From Octopus sinensis (taxonomy: Eukaryota): DNA of 64,000 nt. The translations under genes were made by a program, and so were the position numbers. Shown one piece after another: positions 1 through 12,900 of the stretch. Positions within the stretch are counted from its first letter, which is position 1, and the number at the start of each line of letters is the position of its first letter. The notes beneath the pieces are model-generated. The model saw only the letters and a program-made list of their open reading frames with translations. It ran no database searches and was not told the DNA's origin. The stretch is from positions 28,148,001 to 28,212,000 of the forward strand of contig NC_043007.1 in assembly GCF_006345805.1 (NCBI RefSeq), given 5' to 3'.

Positions 1-206
1 CACTTACATCATCAGTCTGTGTTGTCTCTCTGTCTGTCCGAATTCCTGTCTCTTTGCCAATCCCTGTCGGTACATATCACTTTTGCCTATGCTCTCTCCA
101 TATACGTATTTATATACGTATGTATGCATGTATGTATGCACACATTTATATATCTATGTATGCATGTATGTATATATGTGTGTCACTATTCAGTTTTATT
201 TCAAAA

Positions 207-504
207 CTAGCAGTATCGCCCGGCGTTGCTCGGGTTTGTAAGGGAAATAACTATATAAGCATTTTTAGAGAGTTATAGCCCCAAAATAGCAAAAAAATGG
301 ATTAAAAATGAAAAACAAATGATGGTAAATTTTTTTAAATCGTAGACTCATCGTAGACGCGCGCTAATACCCAGAAGGGCTCGATACGAATCACGACTAT
401 AAGATACCCGGTTTTGGTTAAACTGCACTGCAAAATGTGGGAGTAGTTAGGAATCTAAATCATAGGAGACAGACACACAACTTCACTTTTATATATAAAG
501 AAGA
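207..504 (-). mobile_element. Complete non-autonomous Helitron (298 bp)
   Basis: Minus strand begins TCTTCTTTATATATAAAAG and ends with a GC hairpin CCCGAGCAACGCCGGG-N8-CTAG. It is inserted between A and T with no TSD. A second copy of its 3' end is at 7824. Confidence 0.9.
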
Positions 505-585
505 TGTCTTGCCAATAGAGAAAGAACCGGTTTCTAACCTAGATCCAAGGCTCCTTTATTGGAATTTCAACAACATCAACAGGGT
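505..585 (+). repeat. Short dispersed repeat (host of the Helitron); second copy at ~31098-31195
   Basis: gccaata..aga..cc.gtttctaacctagatccaaggctcc..ttggaatttca occurs here and at 31125-31180; both copies are followed by (GTAT)n. Confidence 0.75.
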
Positions 586-1174
586 ATTTTTGTATGTATG
601 TAAGTAGGCATGTATGCATGTTTTATGTATGTATATATTTATATGTGCAGATTTGTATGTCTTTTTTATGTATGTCTTCTCATGCATATACTTGCATATC
701 TAGACATGCTCATATATACTGGAATGGTAAACTTCTGGAAAGTTTTACAGAATTTAACAGTTCCACTTTTGGCTTCGAATCAGCTTTCTCCTTTCTGGTT
801 TTGAGAAACCTAATTTCTCAAGATCGGTATTTAAGCAGAGTGCGACAGTGTATACGAATGTATGTATGTATGTATGTATGTATGTATGTATGTATGTATG
901 TATGTATGTATGTATGTATGTATGTATGTATGTATGGATGGATGTATGTATAGGTAAATCCAAGATCAGGAAACAGGAAAAAATAAAGATCATTTGTATG
1001 TACACAGTGAGTATATTAGATTGACATTTAGTGGAAGCTTTAGACGGAAGAATAGGATCAGAAATGACGTTTCTAACATAGTACTTCGTCATATAAATGA
1101 AACAGTCCAGAAAATATAAACAGGAAGAAGGAGCAGATTGTTTGGAATAAAGCACTTGTCATATGTGTATATAT

Positions 1175-1288
1175 AGGCTTCGGAGAGGCTATAGTAGAAG
1201 GCACTTGCCCAAGGTAACACAGTAGGACAGAACCCGGAACCATGTGGTTGGTAAGCAATCTACTTACCGCACAGCACTTTTACGCCTA
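1175..1288 (-). mobile_element. tRNA-derived SINE family A, head fragment
   Basis: Reverse complement matches the family A head (tgtgcggtaag...ttccgggttc..tcctactg..ccttgggcaagtgccttctactatagcc); a similar truncated copy is at 2221-2316. Confidence 0.8.
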
Positions 1289-1331
1289 TCTGTATATATA
1301 TATATATAATATATATATATGCATATACATT

Positions 1332-1366
<35 letters not shown>

Positions 1367-1373
1367 TATATAT

Positions 1374-1404
<31 letters not shown>

Positions 1405-2159
1405 ATATATATACATACATACATATATATTATATATTATATATATATAATAAATGTATATGCATATATATATATAGTGAGAGAGAGAGAGAGAGGGAGG
1501 AGGGGGAGAAAAAGAGAGACAGAGAAGAAAGAATGACAGAAAGAAAGAAAAAAAGAAGTAAGATAGAATTCTTTAAACACCAACAACCGTTACGCTACGC
1601 TTTTCAACATAATACATGGAAATAAAGATGTATTTATTGTTTTTTTATATGCTAGTATGCATGTATTTTGTTCGACGCGCTAGTGATTCTTCAAATCTAC
1701 CGCATTTAAATATTGGTGACACAGACACACGATAACCAATCGTGGGAGTGCTGGTGGTGGTGTTGTGAGTGCTCAATAAAATAGTTTCACGTTCTTGAAT
1801 TACATTTATTTTATCGATGCCGCAAGGATGACATAATTGGTTTCGTCGGGATTTGAACTCAGAACGTATTGAGCCGTAAAAATACCGCAAGGCATTTTGT
1901 ACGACGCCCTAACGCTCCCGCCAATTGACCGTCTCTCTCTCTCTCTCTCTTCTCTCTCTGACAGCCTATATACATTTCCAATACACAAATCAATCAATCG
2001 ATAAGTGAGTTAGTGAGGCAACCAGTGTGCCTGTCTATCAATCAACCGATCAGTCCGATATTTAATCAATGAAGGGGTCAATAAGTGAACTAAATCAATA
2101 CATGGTCCCATCAGAGATCTTGAGATGGTCTCCAACGAGGTTTTAAAATGTGGCCTAAA

Positions 2160-2224
<65 letters not shown>

Positions 2225-2439
2225 CTTAGGAGAGGCTATAGTAGAAGGTACTTGCTCAAGGTGTCACGCAGTAGGACTGAACACGGAACCATGTGGTTGG
2301 TAAGCAATCTACTTTAAGGACATTATTTCAGTTGCTCTTACTGTTTTCATGTCATCCTCCTTATTCTGTTTCTTTATCCAAGCTCCACTTACTCCTCCCC
2401 CTCCTCTTCCTCCCTCTGCCTCCGCCTCCCCCTCCTTCA

Positions 2440-2555
2440 GTTTCTTCTTCTGTTTCTTTCTTCTTCCGTTTCTTCTTCTTCCATTTCTTCTTCCATTTCT
2501 TCTTCTTCTTCTTCTTCTTCTTCTTCTTCTTCTTCTTCTTCTTCTTCTTCTTCCC
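2440..2555. repeat. (CTT)n microsatellite
   Basis: Direct reading of the sequence. Confidence 0.95.
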
Positions 2556-2787
2556 GTTCACAAAATGCCTTTTTTTTTAGTTCTGCTAGTCTACGTCCTG
2601 AGTTCAAACACCGCCGAGGTCAACTTCGTTCTTCCTTCGCTTTGGAGTCAATAAAAAATAAAGTACCAGTGAAGTACTAGGGGGGAACATGTGATCGACT
2701 GCTCCCTCCAGCCACCACCATCAAAAGCAACACCACCACAAAACACTTGATCTTTTAAAACAATTATTATTAAAAACGGCGAGCTGG

Positions 2788-2990
2788 CAGAATCGTTAGC
2801 ACGCCGGGCAAAATGCTTAGCTGTATTTCGTCTGTCTTTATGTTCTGAGTTCACATTACAGCGGGGTCGACTTTGCCTTCAATTTTTTATTAGAGTAGAT
2901 TAAAACAAGTACCTATTGAGTACTGGGGTCGATGTAATAAACTTATTTCCGCCCCCGAAATTTCAGGTCTCGTGCTTATAGCAGAAAGGT
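2788..2990 (+). mobile_element. tRNA-derived SINE family B
   Basis: Head ggcgagctggcagaatcgttagcacgccggg, B-box-like GAGTTCA, body gtcgactttgcc...aagtacc...ctggggtcgatgtaat. Confidence 0.85.
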
Positions 2991-3283
2991 TTATTATTAT
3001 TATTATTATTATTGATGGAAGCTGTATGTGTACCAAAGAGCAATCTTTATAGTCGACTTACATATACATACATTTATATATATGTACACACATAGACTCG
3101 AGCGCGCACATATAATTCTATTGACAGTGACTTCGAAGCGTTACCGTGTTTGCGGTTTATTTAAACAGATCTTTACTCTAATCAATGCTCGCTTCTTGCT
3201 TGCTTTTATGCATATAAAACCACTTATTTTTAACCATACACACACACAGTCATAGACACATGTATATATATATAACATATACG

Positions 3284-3355
<72 letters not shown>

Positions 3356-3900
3356 GCATATATATATGTGTATAGGAAATCAAGTATACACATTCACAGA
3401 CACACAGAACGCAAGCATATAATCATACACCCATTCGCACCTTCCCGCCACGCGTATAATCAAAATATTTAAATAACCATTCTGAAGCGAATTTATCTTT
3501 ATAGTTTCGTTGTCAACATTTAAAATCAACATCAAAGTGACTTCACTATCTTTGGGTAATTTCAAACTGAAGACTCTTCATTCTCTTCTGTAATATTCAA
3601 AGACGAACAAAAACGAAGAGGGAGATAGATTGAAAGAGAGATAGAGTAATAGAGAGAGGGAGAGAGAGAGAGTGAGAGGGAGGATATTAAAAGTCTTGAA
3701 AAGATACAGAAAAATAGGAAAAAGTTTGAAAACACACGCTGTCAATCGAAGAATGTGTACCGAAGACTTGGTTGTTAAGTAGTTATTTTCAACTCGATTT
3801 ACTTGTCTACGCTTGTGCATGTAAGTGGAAAAATTTATATGCGCCGATTAGTTATAGACTTCAGAACTACACATATATATACATACAACTATATATATAT

Positions 3901-3962
<62 letters not shown>

Positions 3963-4428
3963 CTATGTATGTATATATATATATAGAATGTACATATATA
4001 TACACATACACATATATACACACGTATATGTTTAAATAAGCATTTATCTATATATATATATATATATATATATAGGTGAGTGTGTGTGTGCATTAGCATA
4101 CATATATCAAAATACACGTGCGTATAAATATGTGTGTATACACTCGTATATGTTTATATAATTATGTTTATACATATGCGTCTGTGTGTATATGCTCGTG
4201 TACATTTGAGTGTATATATTTTCAGTCATCTATATTATCATGTATACATAAACACACAATCATGTACACATACGCACAAACATATGCATACCGCCACACT
4301 GTAACACTCAGACATACATACACATATATTTATTTCATTTTATACTTATATACAACCGCGGACATTAGGTTGCATATTTCATTAGTTATACACATTTATT
4401 TGACATATTTTATATATATAATATATAT

Positions 4429-4477
<49 letters not shown>

Positions 4478-4718
4478 CATACATATATATATATATGTAT
4501 GTATATATATATATATATGTATATAAATATATATTATATATATATATATATATAATATATATATAAATATATGTGCTAGCATACATATATTTAATGTAAT
4601 ATGATGCGTATAACACAAGCACGTAGTAATTGAGATATCGGGTTATATATCATATGCGCTGATATATATCTGCACATGTGAATGCATTATATGCGGTATA
4701 CTTGTACTTACACATGTT

Positions 4719-4808
<90 letters not shown>

Positions 4809-5300
4809 ATATATATATATTTTCTATTATGGGAAGCATCAAGTAGCAATTTTAGTTAATATTTTCCACGCGGTAGCTATTTTACTTCGCTATGTTATAG
4901 AGATTGCTCGATCATTAGAATTCTCTGCACTGTCATTATCTGGGGAAATGTTCCAATATTTTCGTCTTTTTTTTGTTTCGACATATTTTTTTTTTGTTTT
5001 GTTTTCCATTTTTCTGTATTAATTTATGTGTCGTTTACGTTACCTTCAACCTGAAGACAGAACTTTAAATTTCGAATTACCTCCCTTTGTAAAATTCGAC
5101 GTTAATGGCGGAAATGAGAGCTTGAAATGACATTTGAAAATTAGAGTGGAATGCTAACGGAATTGCTTTCATAGATAGATAAAAATAGAGACAGATAGAG
5201 GGACGGTCAGAGGAAAATGCATATGAGTGGAGGAGGATGGTAGACAGTGAGCAATACAGAGTTATAACGAAATGAGCGGAAAAAGTATTAGAGACACAAC

Positions 5301-5530
5301 GGCGAGTTGGCAGAAACGTTAGCAGGCCGAGCGAAATGCTTAGCAGTATTTCGTCTGTCGTTACGTTGTGAGTTCAAATTCCGCCGAGGTTGACTTTGCC
5401 TTTCATCCTTTCGGGGTCGATAAATTAAGTACCAGTTACGCACTGGAGTCGATGTAATCGACTTAATACCTATGTCTGTCCTTGTTTGTCCCCTCTGTGT
5501 TTAGCCCCTTGTGGGTAGTAATGAAATAGG
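5301..5530 (+). mobile_element. SINE family B, full length
   Basis: Head ggcgagttggcagaaacgttagc, B box GAGTTCAAATTCC, core gccgaggttgactttgcctttcatcctttcggggtcgataaattaagtacc, tail gccccttgtgggtagtaatgaaatagg. Confidence 0.9.
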
Positions 5531-5587
5531 TATTATAGAGCAGCAGATTTACATACATACACACACATTGATATACGCAAATATATA

Positions 5588-5681
5588 CGAGGGTGTGCTG
5601 AAAAGTTCCTGGGTTTCAGGGAGTCGCGAAAGGCTTGGCTGGAGACCCAACATTCCGATTGTTTTACAGAGCTTAGTAAAA
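5588..5681 (+). mobile_element. One end of the mariner-type MITE seen complete at 22535
   Basis: TA followed by CGAGGGTGTGCTGAAAAGTTCCTGG; aligns over about 90 bp to the reverse complement of the right end of 22535-22752. Confidence 0.8.
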
Positions 5682-5755
5682 TTTGAGGTCGCTGCAATAA
5701 GTGTGTGAATCTGAGAGGGGAAAGCCAAGTGTCTACGAAGAATCAGGGCCTGGAA

Positions 5756-6077
5756 ATGGTAATCCAGGCCGCCCCGGAATATTTGGAGAGGATGGTAGAA
5801 ACCATTACAGTCGATGAAGACGTAAAATCGGGAGTTAAAATGCTTTAAATGTGGCAAAAAGGGTCACATAAAAGCAGAATGCCCTCCACCCAGCGCAAAA
5901 GAACCGATGAAAGAAGCCGCACCTCCACTTCTTGCAGCGTGGTGTGAGAATGAGAGGGAAGCGGAGAAGGAGGAAGAGAATCAGGAGTCTGAAGGATGGA
6001 CATCTGCACCAAAATGGCGAAAAGGGGAAAGAAAAGAACAGAGGAAATCAGTGAACTCCCACCCGACTCCCATCTAA
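5756..6077 (+). pseudogene. Retroelement gag/ORF1-like fragment with CCHC zinc knuckle (probably L1/Tx1-type LINE)
   Basis: 5841-5882 translates CFKCGKKGHIKAEC (C-x2-C-x4-H-x4-C), followed by a Pro- and Glu-rich tail. The upstream MVIQAAPEYLERMVETITVDED is in a shifted frame. Confidence 0.65.
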
Positions 6078-6302
6078 TCCTATGTTGTCTTACCCTCCTC
6101 CTGCAGTCTCCAACTCTCACCCTGTCCCTCACACAGACACCTAGATGCTCGAAATTCTCCCATCCCCTCCCCAAAAGGGGAAAAAGAGAAAATGTATGCT
6201 ATTTTGTATGCAAATGTATTAAGAACAGTAATAAACTCACGTGTGCCAGTGAAAATGTCAAAGTAATAGGATTGGCTCGGGCACGTTGAGTGCGCAGTGG
6301 TG

Positions 6303-6338
<36 letters not shown>

Positions 6339-6746
6339 ACCACACACATACACACACACACACCCAATCATATACTGCATATAAACACTCAAATATACGC
6401 TCGTATATATATAGACGCAGGAAAGTGTGAATGTTTAAATAATTTCATTCAAGATTATGATATCCAAGGTTCGAATCCACTGCGTGCTATCTTGGATCAG
6501 TGTGTTAACTAAAGCTCGAGACCGACCCAAGCCCTGTGACCGACCCAAGCCCTGTGACCGAATAGGTCTACATGGCGTAGGAGGAAATGTTTTCAAAGAG
6601 CACATCGACCCTCTCTCTGCTGTCCCAGATCCCAGATGAAGCTACGCCACGGCAAATATCTCGAAAGAGAGCAGCAATTTCAAACTCCTCCCTTCACCAA
6701 AAGCCAAACACATGGCAATGGGCCTAGAAAAAAAAATGATGATAGT

Positions 6747-6803
6747 GGCGGTGTTCCAGTATGGCCACAACCTTTGGGTTGAAACGCATAAAGAAATAAA
6801 AGA
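6747..6803 (+). repeat. Orphan LINE/SINE 3' tail
   Basis: ggcggtgttccagtatggccacaacctttgggttgaaacgcataaagaa is homologous to the LINE tail at 56084-56125 and shares an identical 18-mer (ttgggttgaaacgcataa) with the 5S-headed element at 62046. Confidence 0.75.
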
Positions 6804-6883
6804 GCTCGCACTTATGCCCTACCCCATACACATACGAACAGATATGCTACTTAAGCGAGTATTTCACAAGAGCAGTATCAGTT

Positions 6884-7200
6884 GAGGCGCAATGGCTCAG
6901 TTGTTAGGGCAGCGGACTCGCGGTTGGAGGATCGTGGTTTCGATTCCCAGACCGGACGTTGTGTGTGTTTATTGAGCGAAAGCACCTAAAGCTCTACGAG
7001 GCTCCGGCAGTGGGTGGTAGCAACCCCTGTTGTACTCTTTGGCCCTAACTTCCTCTCCCTCTTTCTTCCTGTTACTTATCCCTGACTTCCTACGCAACCG
7101 CTGAGCCTGGATGCGCATTCATCCATCCGTCGATGCTCTCGGTGTCGGGGGTTGACCTGCTTTCTCTTCTGCGGGTCTTACGAATAGCAAAGGACCACGT
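6884..7200 (+). mobile_element. tRNA-derived SINE family C
   Basis: gaggcgcaatggctcagttgttagggcagcggactcgcgg...ggtttcgattcccagaccgg (A and B boxes); other copies at 12258 and 33989. Confidence 0.85.
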
Positions 7201-7823
7201 TTCTGACTTCTCCCACTACTGGGACGAAGACCGCTTCGCTCAACAAACAAACAGAGCAGCATCAAACCACTTGGAGTAAAGTATTGAAAGCAAAATGTCT
7301 GTGAATGAAGATATTTACTCCATAACCATGAGTCCGACAAAATATATTTTGTTTCTCTCAAGTGTTACGCGAAGGGTATAGATCAAAGGCCAGAGACTTC
7401 TGATATGATTGACCCCCTTCATGGCTTCGTTGATAATTTATCGACCTCTCCATGTAAATTTCTAAAATGAAATTAAAAATTATATTTAATAAAAATTTTA
7501 TTGATTTAAAAACAATAATTCATTTTTTTTTCTAATAAGATATGTTTAAAGAAATTTTATGAAAATATTTAACGATATTAATGAAGAACAATAAGAATTC
7601 AATGATATTATATTGATACAGAAGGAATATTTAATGTGAAATATTTGTCTGGTGAAGACTAGTTATTGCATCGGCATTTGTCTGGAAATTATTGAGTCTT
7701 AAATAACAAGCACTTCAGGATTCAGTTGGCTATTAATTCAGCATCCTTAATGCTAAAAATGTTTTCAGATTTTATCGATCCTTTGGATAGCTACATTGAT
7801 CCCCAAAGGGAAATATTGAATAA

Positions 7824-7956
7824 CTAGCAGTATCGCCCGGCGTTGCTCGGGTTTGTAAGGGAAATAACTATATAAGCATTTTTAGAGAGTTACTTCTCTT
7901 ATATAAACCGAGCAAAAAATGCATTAAAAAAACGAAAAAAATGATGGTAATTTTTG
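7824..7956 (-). mobile_element. Helitron 3' end fragment (same family as 207-504)
   Basis: The first ~68 bp (ctagcagtatcgcccggcgttgctcgggtttgtaagggaaataactatataagcatttttagagagtta) are identical to the sequence starting at 207. Confidence 0.9.
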
Positions 7957-8385
7957 CCATGGATCATGAGACACTCGCCAGCATCGTGGGCCTATTGCCA
8001 GACATGTGATGTTTTCTCCTCGTAAGGTAGGACCTGCACTTGATGTCCTCGTTAACCATGTGTCCGAAGCGACCTTTGCTAGTTTTTAACTGCACATTGG
8101 ATGCTCACATCACTATTCCTGGTTTGTTATAACGTCTTGGAGGTTCTGGACGAAATTGGACGTCTGACCGGTCATAATGTATCTTTTACTTGGTCACGGA
8201 TGATACGTGTCCGTCAGAGGCCTCACAACTTTCAAACCCGGGACACGAAAGAGACGCTATGTACCTTTTCAGAATAGAATCGAATCTGTCCGTCTATCTT
8301 GAAAGTGTGTGCAACAAGAAATTGTTGAATTTGGCGCAGGCTACGTAATACCATACTGGGTCGTCTAGCTGGCCTTCTTCAAATA

Positions 8386-8387
8386 TA

Positions 8388-8446
<59 letters not shown>

Positions 8447-8450
8447 CCTA

Positions 8451-8549
<99 letters not shown>

Positions 8550-8582
8550 GTCTGTCTGTCTGTCGTCTGTCTGTATGTCTAT

Positions 8583-8645
<63 letters not shown>

Positions 8646-8647
8646 CC

Positions 8648-8711
<64 letters not shown>

Positions 8712-8770
8712 GTCTGTCTATCTATCTATCTATCTATCTATCTGTCTGTCTGTCTGTCTGTCTATCTAGC
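8386..8770. repeat. (TATC)n/(CCTG)n/(TCTG)n compound microsatellite
   Basis: Direct reading of the sequence. Confidence 0.95.
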
Positions 8771-9180
8771 TACCCCCTCTTGAAAGCCTTGGTTTTGATG
8801 CAGTCGCTCAAGGTCGATCCGAGACGGCAGAAAAGAAACCATTTCAGGTGGAATGCCACAGATAATTAAGATGTCAACGATATATCTGCTTTAGGTATGA
8901 TACTATCATGTCTATGCAAGAAACGGAAAGTCCAGCAGTGGTTGTTCGGTAGAATCATTACAACTCCGGAAAAAATGCTTTGCACCAGCGTTCCGGCTCT
9001 TTACGTTCTAAACTTAGATCGTGAAGTTACAAGCTTTTTCTTGTATCGTCTGCTGATCGATGAAAATAAAACACCATTTAGGTAGTGTGATCGATTTTAT
9101 ACTGCGCTATTTCTCCTCCTTTCGAAATTATTAGCTCTGTATCCGAATCGGAGACAATTATTACACATTCTGAAATATAT

Positions 9181-9590
9181 AGGCGCAGGAGTGGCTGTGT
9201 GGTAAGTAGCTTGTTTACCAACCACATGGTTCTGGGTTCAGTCCCACTGCGTGGCACCTTGGGCAAGTGTCTTCTACTATAGCCTCGGAGGCCAAACAAA
9301 GCCTTGTGAGTGGATTTGGTAGACGGAAACTGAAAGAAGCCCGTCGTATATATGTATATATATATATATATATATATACGTGTGTGTGTTTGTGTGTGTG
9401 TGTTTGTCCCCCTAGCATTGCTTGACAACCGATGCTGGTGTGGTCCCCGTTACTTAGCGGTTCGGCAAAAGAGACCGATAGAATAAGTACTGGGCTTACA
9501 AAAGAATAAGTCCCGGGGTCGAGTTGCTCGATTAAAGGCGGTGCTCCAGCATGGCCGAAGTCAAATGACTGAAACAAGTAAAAGAGTAAA
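9181..9590 (+). mobile_element. SINE family A, full length (tRNA head + CORE-like segment + internal TA/TG microsatellite + LINE-type tail)
   Basis: A box TGGCTGTGTGG, B-box-like GGTTCAGTCCC, ggcaccttgggcaagtgtcttc segment resembling MIR/CORE SINEs, tail ggcggtgctccagcatggccgaagtcaaatgactgaaacaagtaaaaga. Confidence 0.9.
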
Positions 9591-10260
9591 AGAGAGAGAG
9601 AGAGAATAAGGCCAAATATGATTCCTCCTCGGCGTTTCCTTTCTCTAGTTAATCCGAAGTTAACCCATAAGAATTGCTGAATACGGAATAATAGATAAAC
9701 AATATTGTTTCGGTGTCATTCTCAAGCCACACTTCATAGACATACACAATATAATCTATATTTTAATTCCATTTTTTAAATCTTAATAATCGATAGACGC
9801 AAACTCTTTAAGTATATTTAGGGCAACAGAAAAATGAAAAATTTCAACAATTTTTTTTCAATTCATTAAAAAAGGTCAAACTGCTTGTAAAAGAAAAAAA
9901 AATTTACTAACACAAACATCTTTTTGAAAGCTTTTCTTTCTTCACAAACTGATGTTTGGAGTAATTCTTCTTCTGCTTCTTCACTTTTTTTTTTGAAAGA
10001 TATAAATTCCAATGAAGAAATATTATTTGTAGAAAACAAAACATCTTTTATTCTATTGGTTTCCAACCTCAAGATATATAGCATTTTAACATCTTTGATT
10101 ATATTTACATTTCCTGAGGAAACAGAACAGAGAAATAAATTAAAATGGAAGACTTTATCAAGATATTTCACACAGGTGGATAAAGACAGACAGAGATGAA
10201 GAGAGATATAGTTAAAATCATATTGTGCGTGTAGGTGTGTATGTGTGTGTGAGTGTGTGA

Positions 10261-10327
<67 letters not shown>

Positions 10328-10407
10328 GTATGTATACAGACATGAATATATATTAGACTGCAGTCACTGCAGTCTGTTACACACCCACATATATTTGCAC
10401 ACACACA

Positions 10408-10450
<43 letters not shown>

Positions 10451-10566
10451 GCACATATGTGTATATATACGAATGTAAAAGTGTACACATACATTATATA
10501 TGAGACTTTAGTGACTGGTTCATTTAGCTGTAGAGCTTAAGTAATTTAGTTCCTAGACATACACCC

Positions 10567-10608
<42 letters not shown>

Positions 10609-10912
10609 ATATATATTTATCTAAATATATATTCATAGATACATATACACACATACATACATATATATATATATATACATATAAACACAAGTCAGGTGTA
10701 GATGTGTGGTGTAAATGAAATCGTGTTTTATCCTGCAGCGCACCGCCTTTAAATAAGTGCGTTCAACCATAGCCTCAGGTCTACAAAATCTTGTGAATGT
10801 GGTTCGTAATTTGGTAGACGCTCATGGTCCGGATGATCGTCCGTTCATCTGTCCCTATATCTCTGCCAGTTTCTGCATCTGTGTATGTGTATGTGTATAT
10901 GTAAGTGTGCAC

Positions 10913-10994
<82 letters not shown>

Positions 10995-11235
10995 ATATAT
11001 GTACATGTGTGTGTATACGAACAAAAAAATATTCGTTTACTCTAGGCTTAAGGCCAGAAATTTTAGGCAACTGGTATTTAATTTATCGACACCGAAAGGA
11101 TGAAAGGCAAAGTCCACCTGGCGGAATTTGACGAAAAAAATATATCCATTTGTCCCTCCATTGTCTCAGGGTCAATAACTATTGTTATAGCACATTAAAA
11201 CATTTATCTTTATTAGATTTATTCCTGTAGACGTA

Positions 11236-11400
11236 GTAGTGGCTGTCTGGTAAGTAGCTTGCTTACCAGCCACATCGTTCCGGGTCAGTCCCACTGCGTG
11301 ACACCTTGGGCAAGTGTCTTCTACTATAGCCTCGGGCCGACCAAAGCCTTGTAAGTGGATTTGGTAGACGGAAACTGAAAGTAGCCCATCGTATATATGT

Positions 11401-11453
<53 letters not shown>

Positions 11454-11865
11454 TGTATGTGTTTGTGTGTCTGTGTTTGTCCCCCAACATCGATTTCTTT
11501 ACTACCCACAAGGGGCTAAACACAGAGAGGACAAACAAGGATTATATCCACCCCAGTGCGTAACTGGTACTTATTTAATCGATCCCGAAAGGATGAAAGG
11601 CAAAGTCGACCTCGGCGGAATTTGAACTCAGAACGTAACGGCAGATGAAATACGGCTACGCATTTCGCCAGGCGCGCTAACGTTTCTGCCAGCTTGACAA
11701 CCTATACCGGCGTGTTTACATTCCCGTAACTTAGCGGTTCGGCAAAAAAAGAGACCGATAGAATAAGTACTAGGCTTACAAAGAATAAGTCCTGGGGTCG
11801 ATTTGCTCGACTAAAGGCGGTGCTCCAGCACGGCCACAGTCAAATGACTGAAACAAGTAAAAGAA
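11236..11865 (+). mobile_element. SINE family A interrupted by a SINE B copy
   Basis: Family A sequence breaks at aacatcg (11491) and resumes at cttgacaac (11695). Confidence 0.85.
11492..11695 (-). mobile_element. SINE family B nested in SINE A
   Basis: Reverse complement of the family B consensus from head (gctggcagaaacgttagc) to tail (gtgggtagtaaagaaat). Confidence 0.85.
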
Positions 11866-12257
11866 TAGTACAGTGGTTCGCAAGCTTTTTTTGTTTGTTT
11901 TAGCGCTTCTTTTTAAGTAGCAATTATGTCCGGTGCCGGCCTAACCGGCGAATGATGTATTATGACTGAACTAACTTAACATGGCTGATAGTTTATAAAT
12001 TTTGCTGAAATGGAGATTGCAACGAAAAAAGTAAGCAAGATTACGAGTTTAAGAAATACTATTCAAGACAGAAATAAAACAATACTAATTAATTAATTAT
12101 GCTTGTGCAAACTTGTCTTTAGCCACAATACGTACTTATTTCTCATTTTATTTTAATAACCATTACTAATTTTAACATATGTAACATACTGACAGCTATG
12201 CGTAAAATTTTGCAGGATAATTATGCTATCTTACCGATTCCTTAAGCCGAGATGGAA

Positions 12258-12632
12258 GCACTCCGTCGGTTACGACGACGAGGGTTCCGGTTGATCCGAT
12301 CAACGGAACAGCCTGCTTGTGAAATTAACGTGCAAGTGGCTGAGCACTCCACAGACACGTGTACCCATAACGTAGTTCTCGGGATATTCAGCGTGACACA
12401 GAGAGTGACAAGGTCGGCCCCTTGAAATACAGGTACAAGAGAAACAGGAAGTAAGAGTGAGAGAAAGTTGTGGTGAAAGAGTACAGCAGGGATCACCACC
12501 ATCCCTGCCGGAGCCTCGTGGAGCATTAGGTGTTTTCACTCAATAAACACTCACAACGGCCAGTCTGGGAATCGAAACCGCGATCCTACGACCGCGAGTC
12601 CGCTGCCCTAACCACTGGGCCATTGCGCCTCC
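12258..12632 (-). mobile_element. SINE family C, full length
   Basis: Minus strand starts ggaggcgcaatggcccagtggttagggcagcggactcgcggtcgtaggatcgcggtttcgattccc and ends gaaccctcgtcgtcgtaaccgacggagtgc. Confidence 0.9.
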
Positions 12633-12862
12633 TTCCTTAAGCCTAACACCCACGTTCTAAAGATTCTTCGTCTGAGATTCTTCCGATGAATAGCTGCACA
12701 CACTTGTGCACTTGCGTGAGTGCGTCGAGAGCTGAACCGAGTCACCAACGCCAACCACATATTTAGAAACATCGAAAACTCTCTTAACATATAAAGCTTT
12801 GTCGCTTTCTTAGCGACCGGCTTGAACTCTCTCTCAGAAGAACTTAAACAAAAGTCAAAGAA

Positions 12863-12900
<38 letters not shown>

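Noticed and set aside
6884-6960. tRNA-like sequences (also 12560-12632, 30412-30480, 33989-34060, 50885-50945)
   Set aside because: They have A and B boxes but no complete acceptor stem, and all but the isolated 50885 fragment continue into SINE bodies, so they are not tRNA genes.
7957-8385. GC-richer block after the Helitron fragment as a captured gene or retroelement ORF
   Set aside because: All six frames contain stops and I recognise no motif; it cannot be assigned without a search.
11871-11960. cagtggttcgcaagc as a hAT TIR
   Set aside because: Only a partial TIR match, with no partner end or TSD found.
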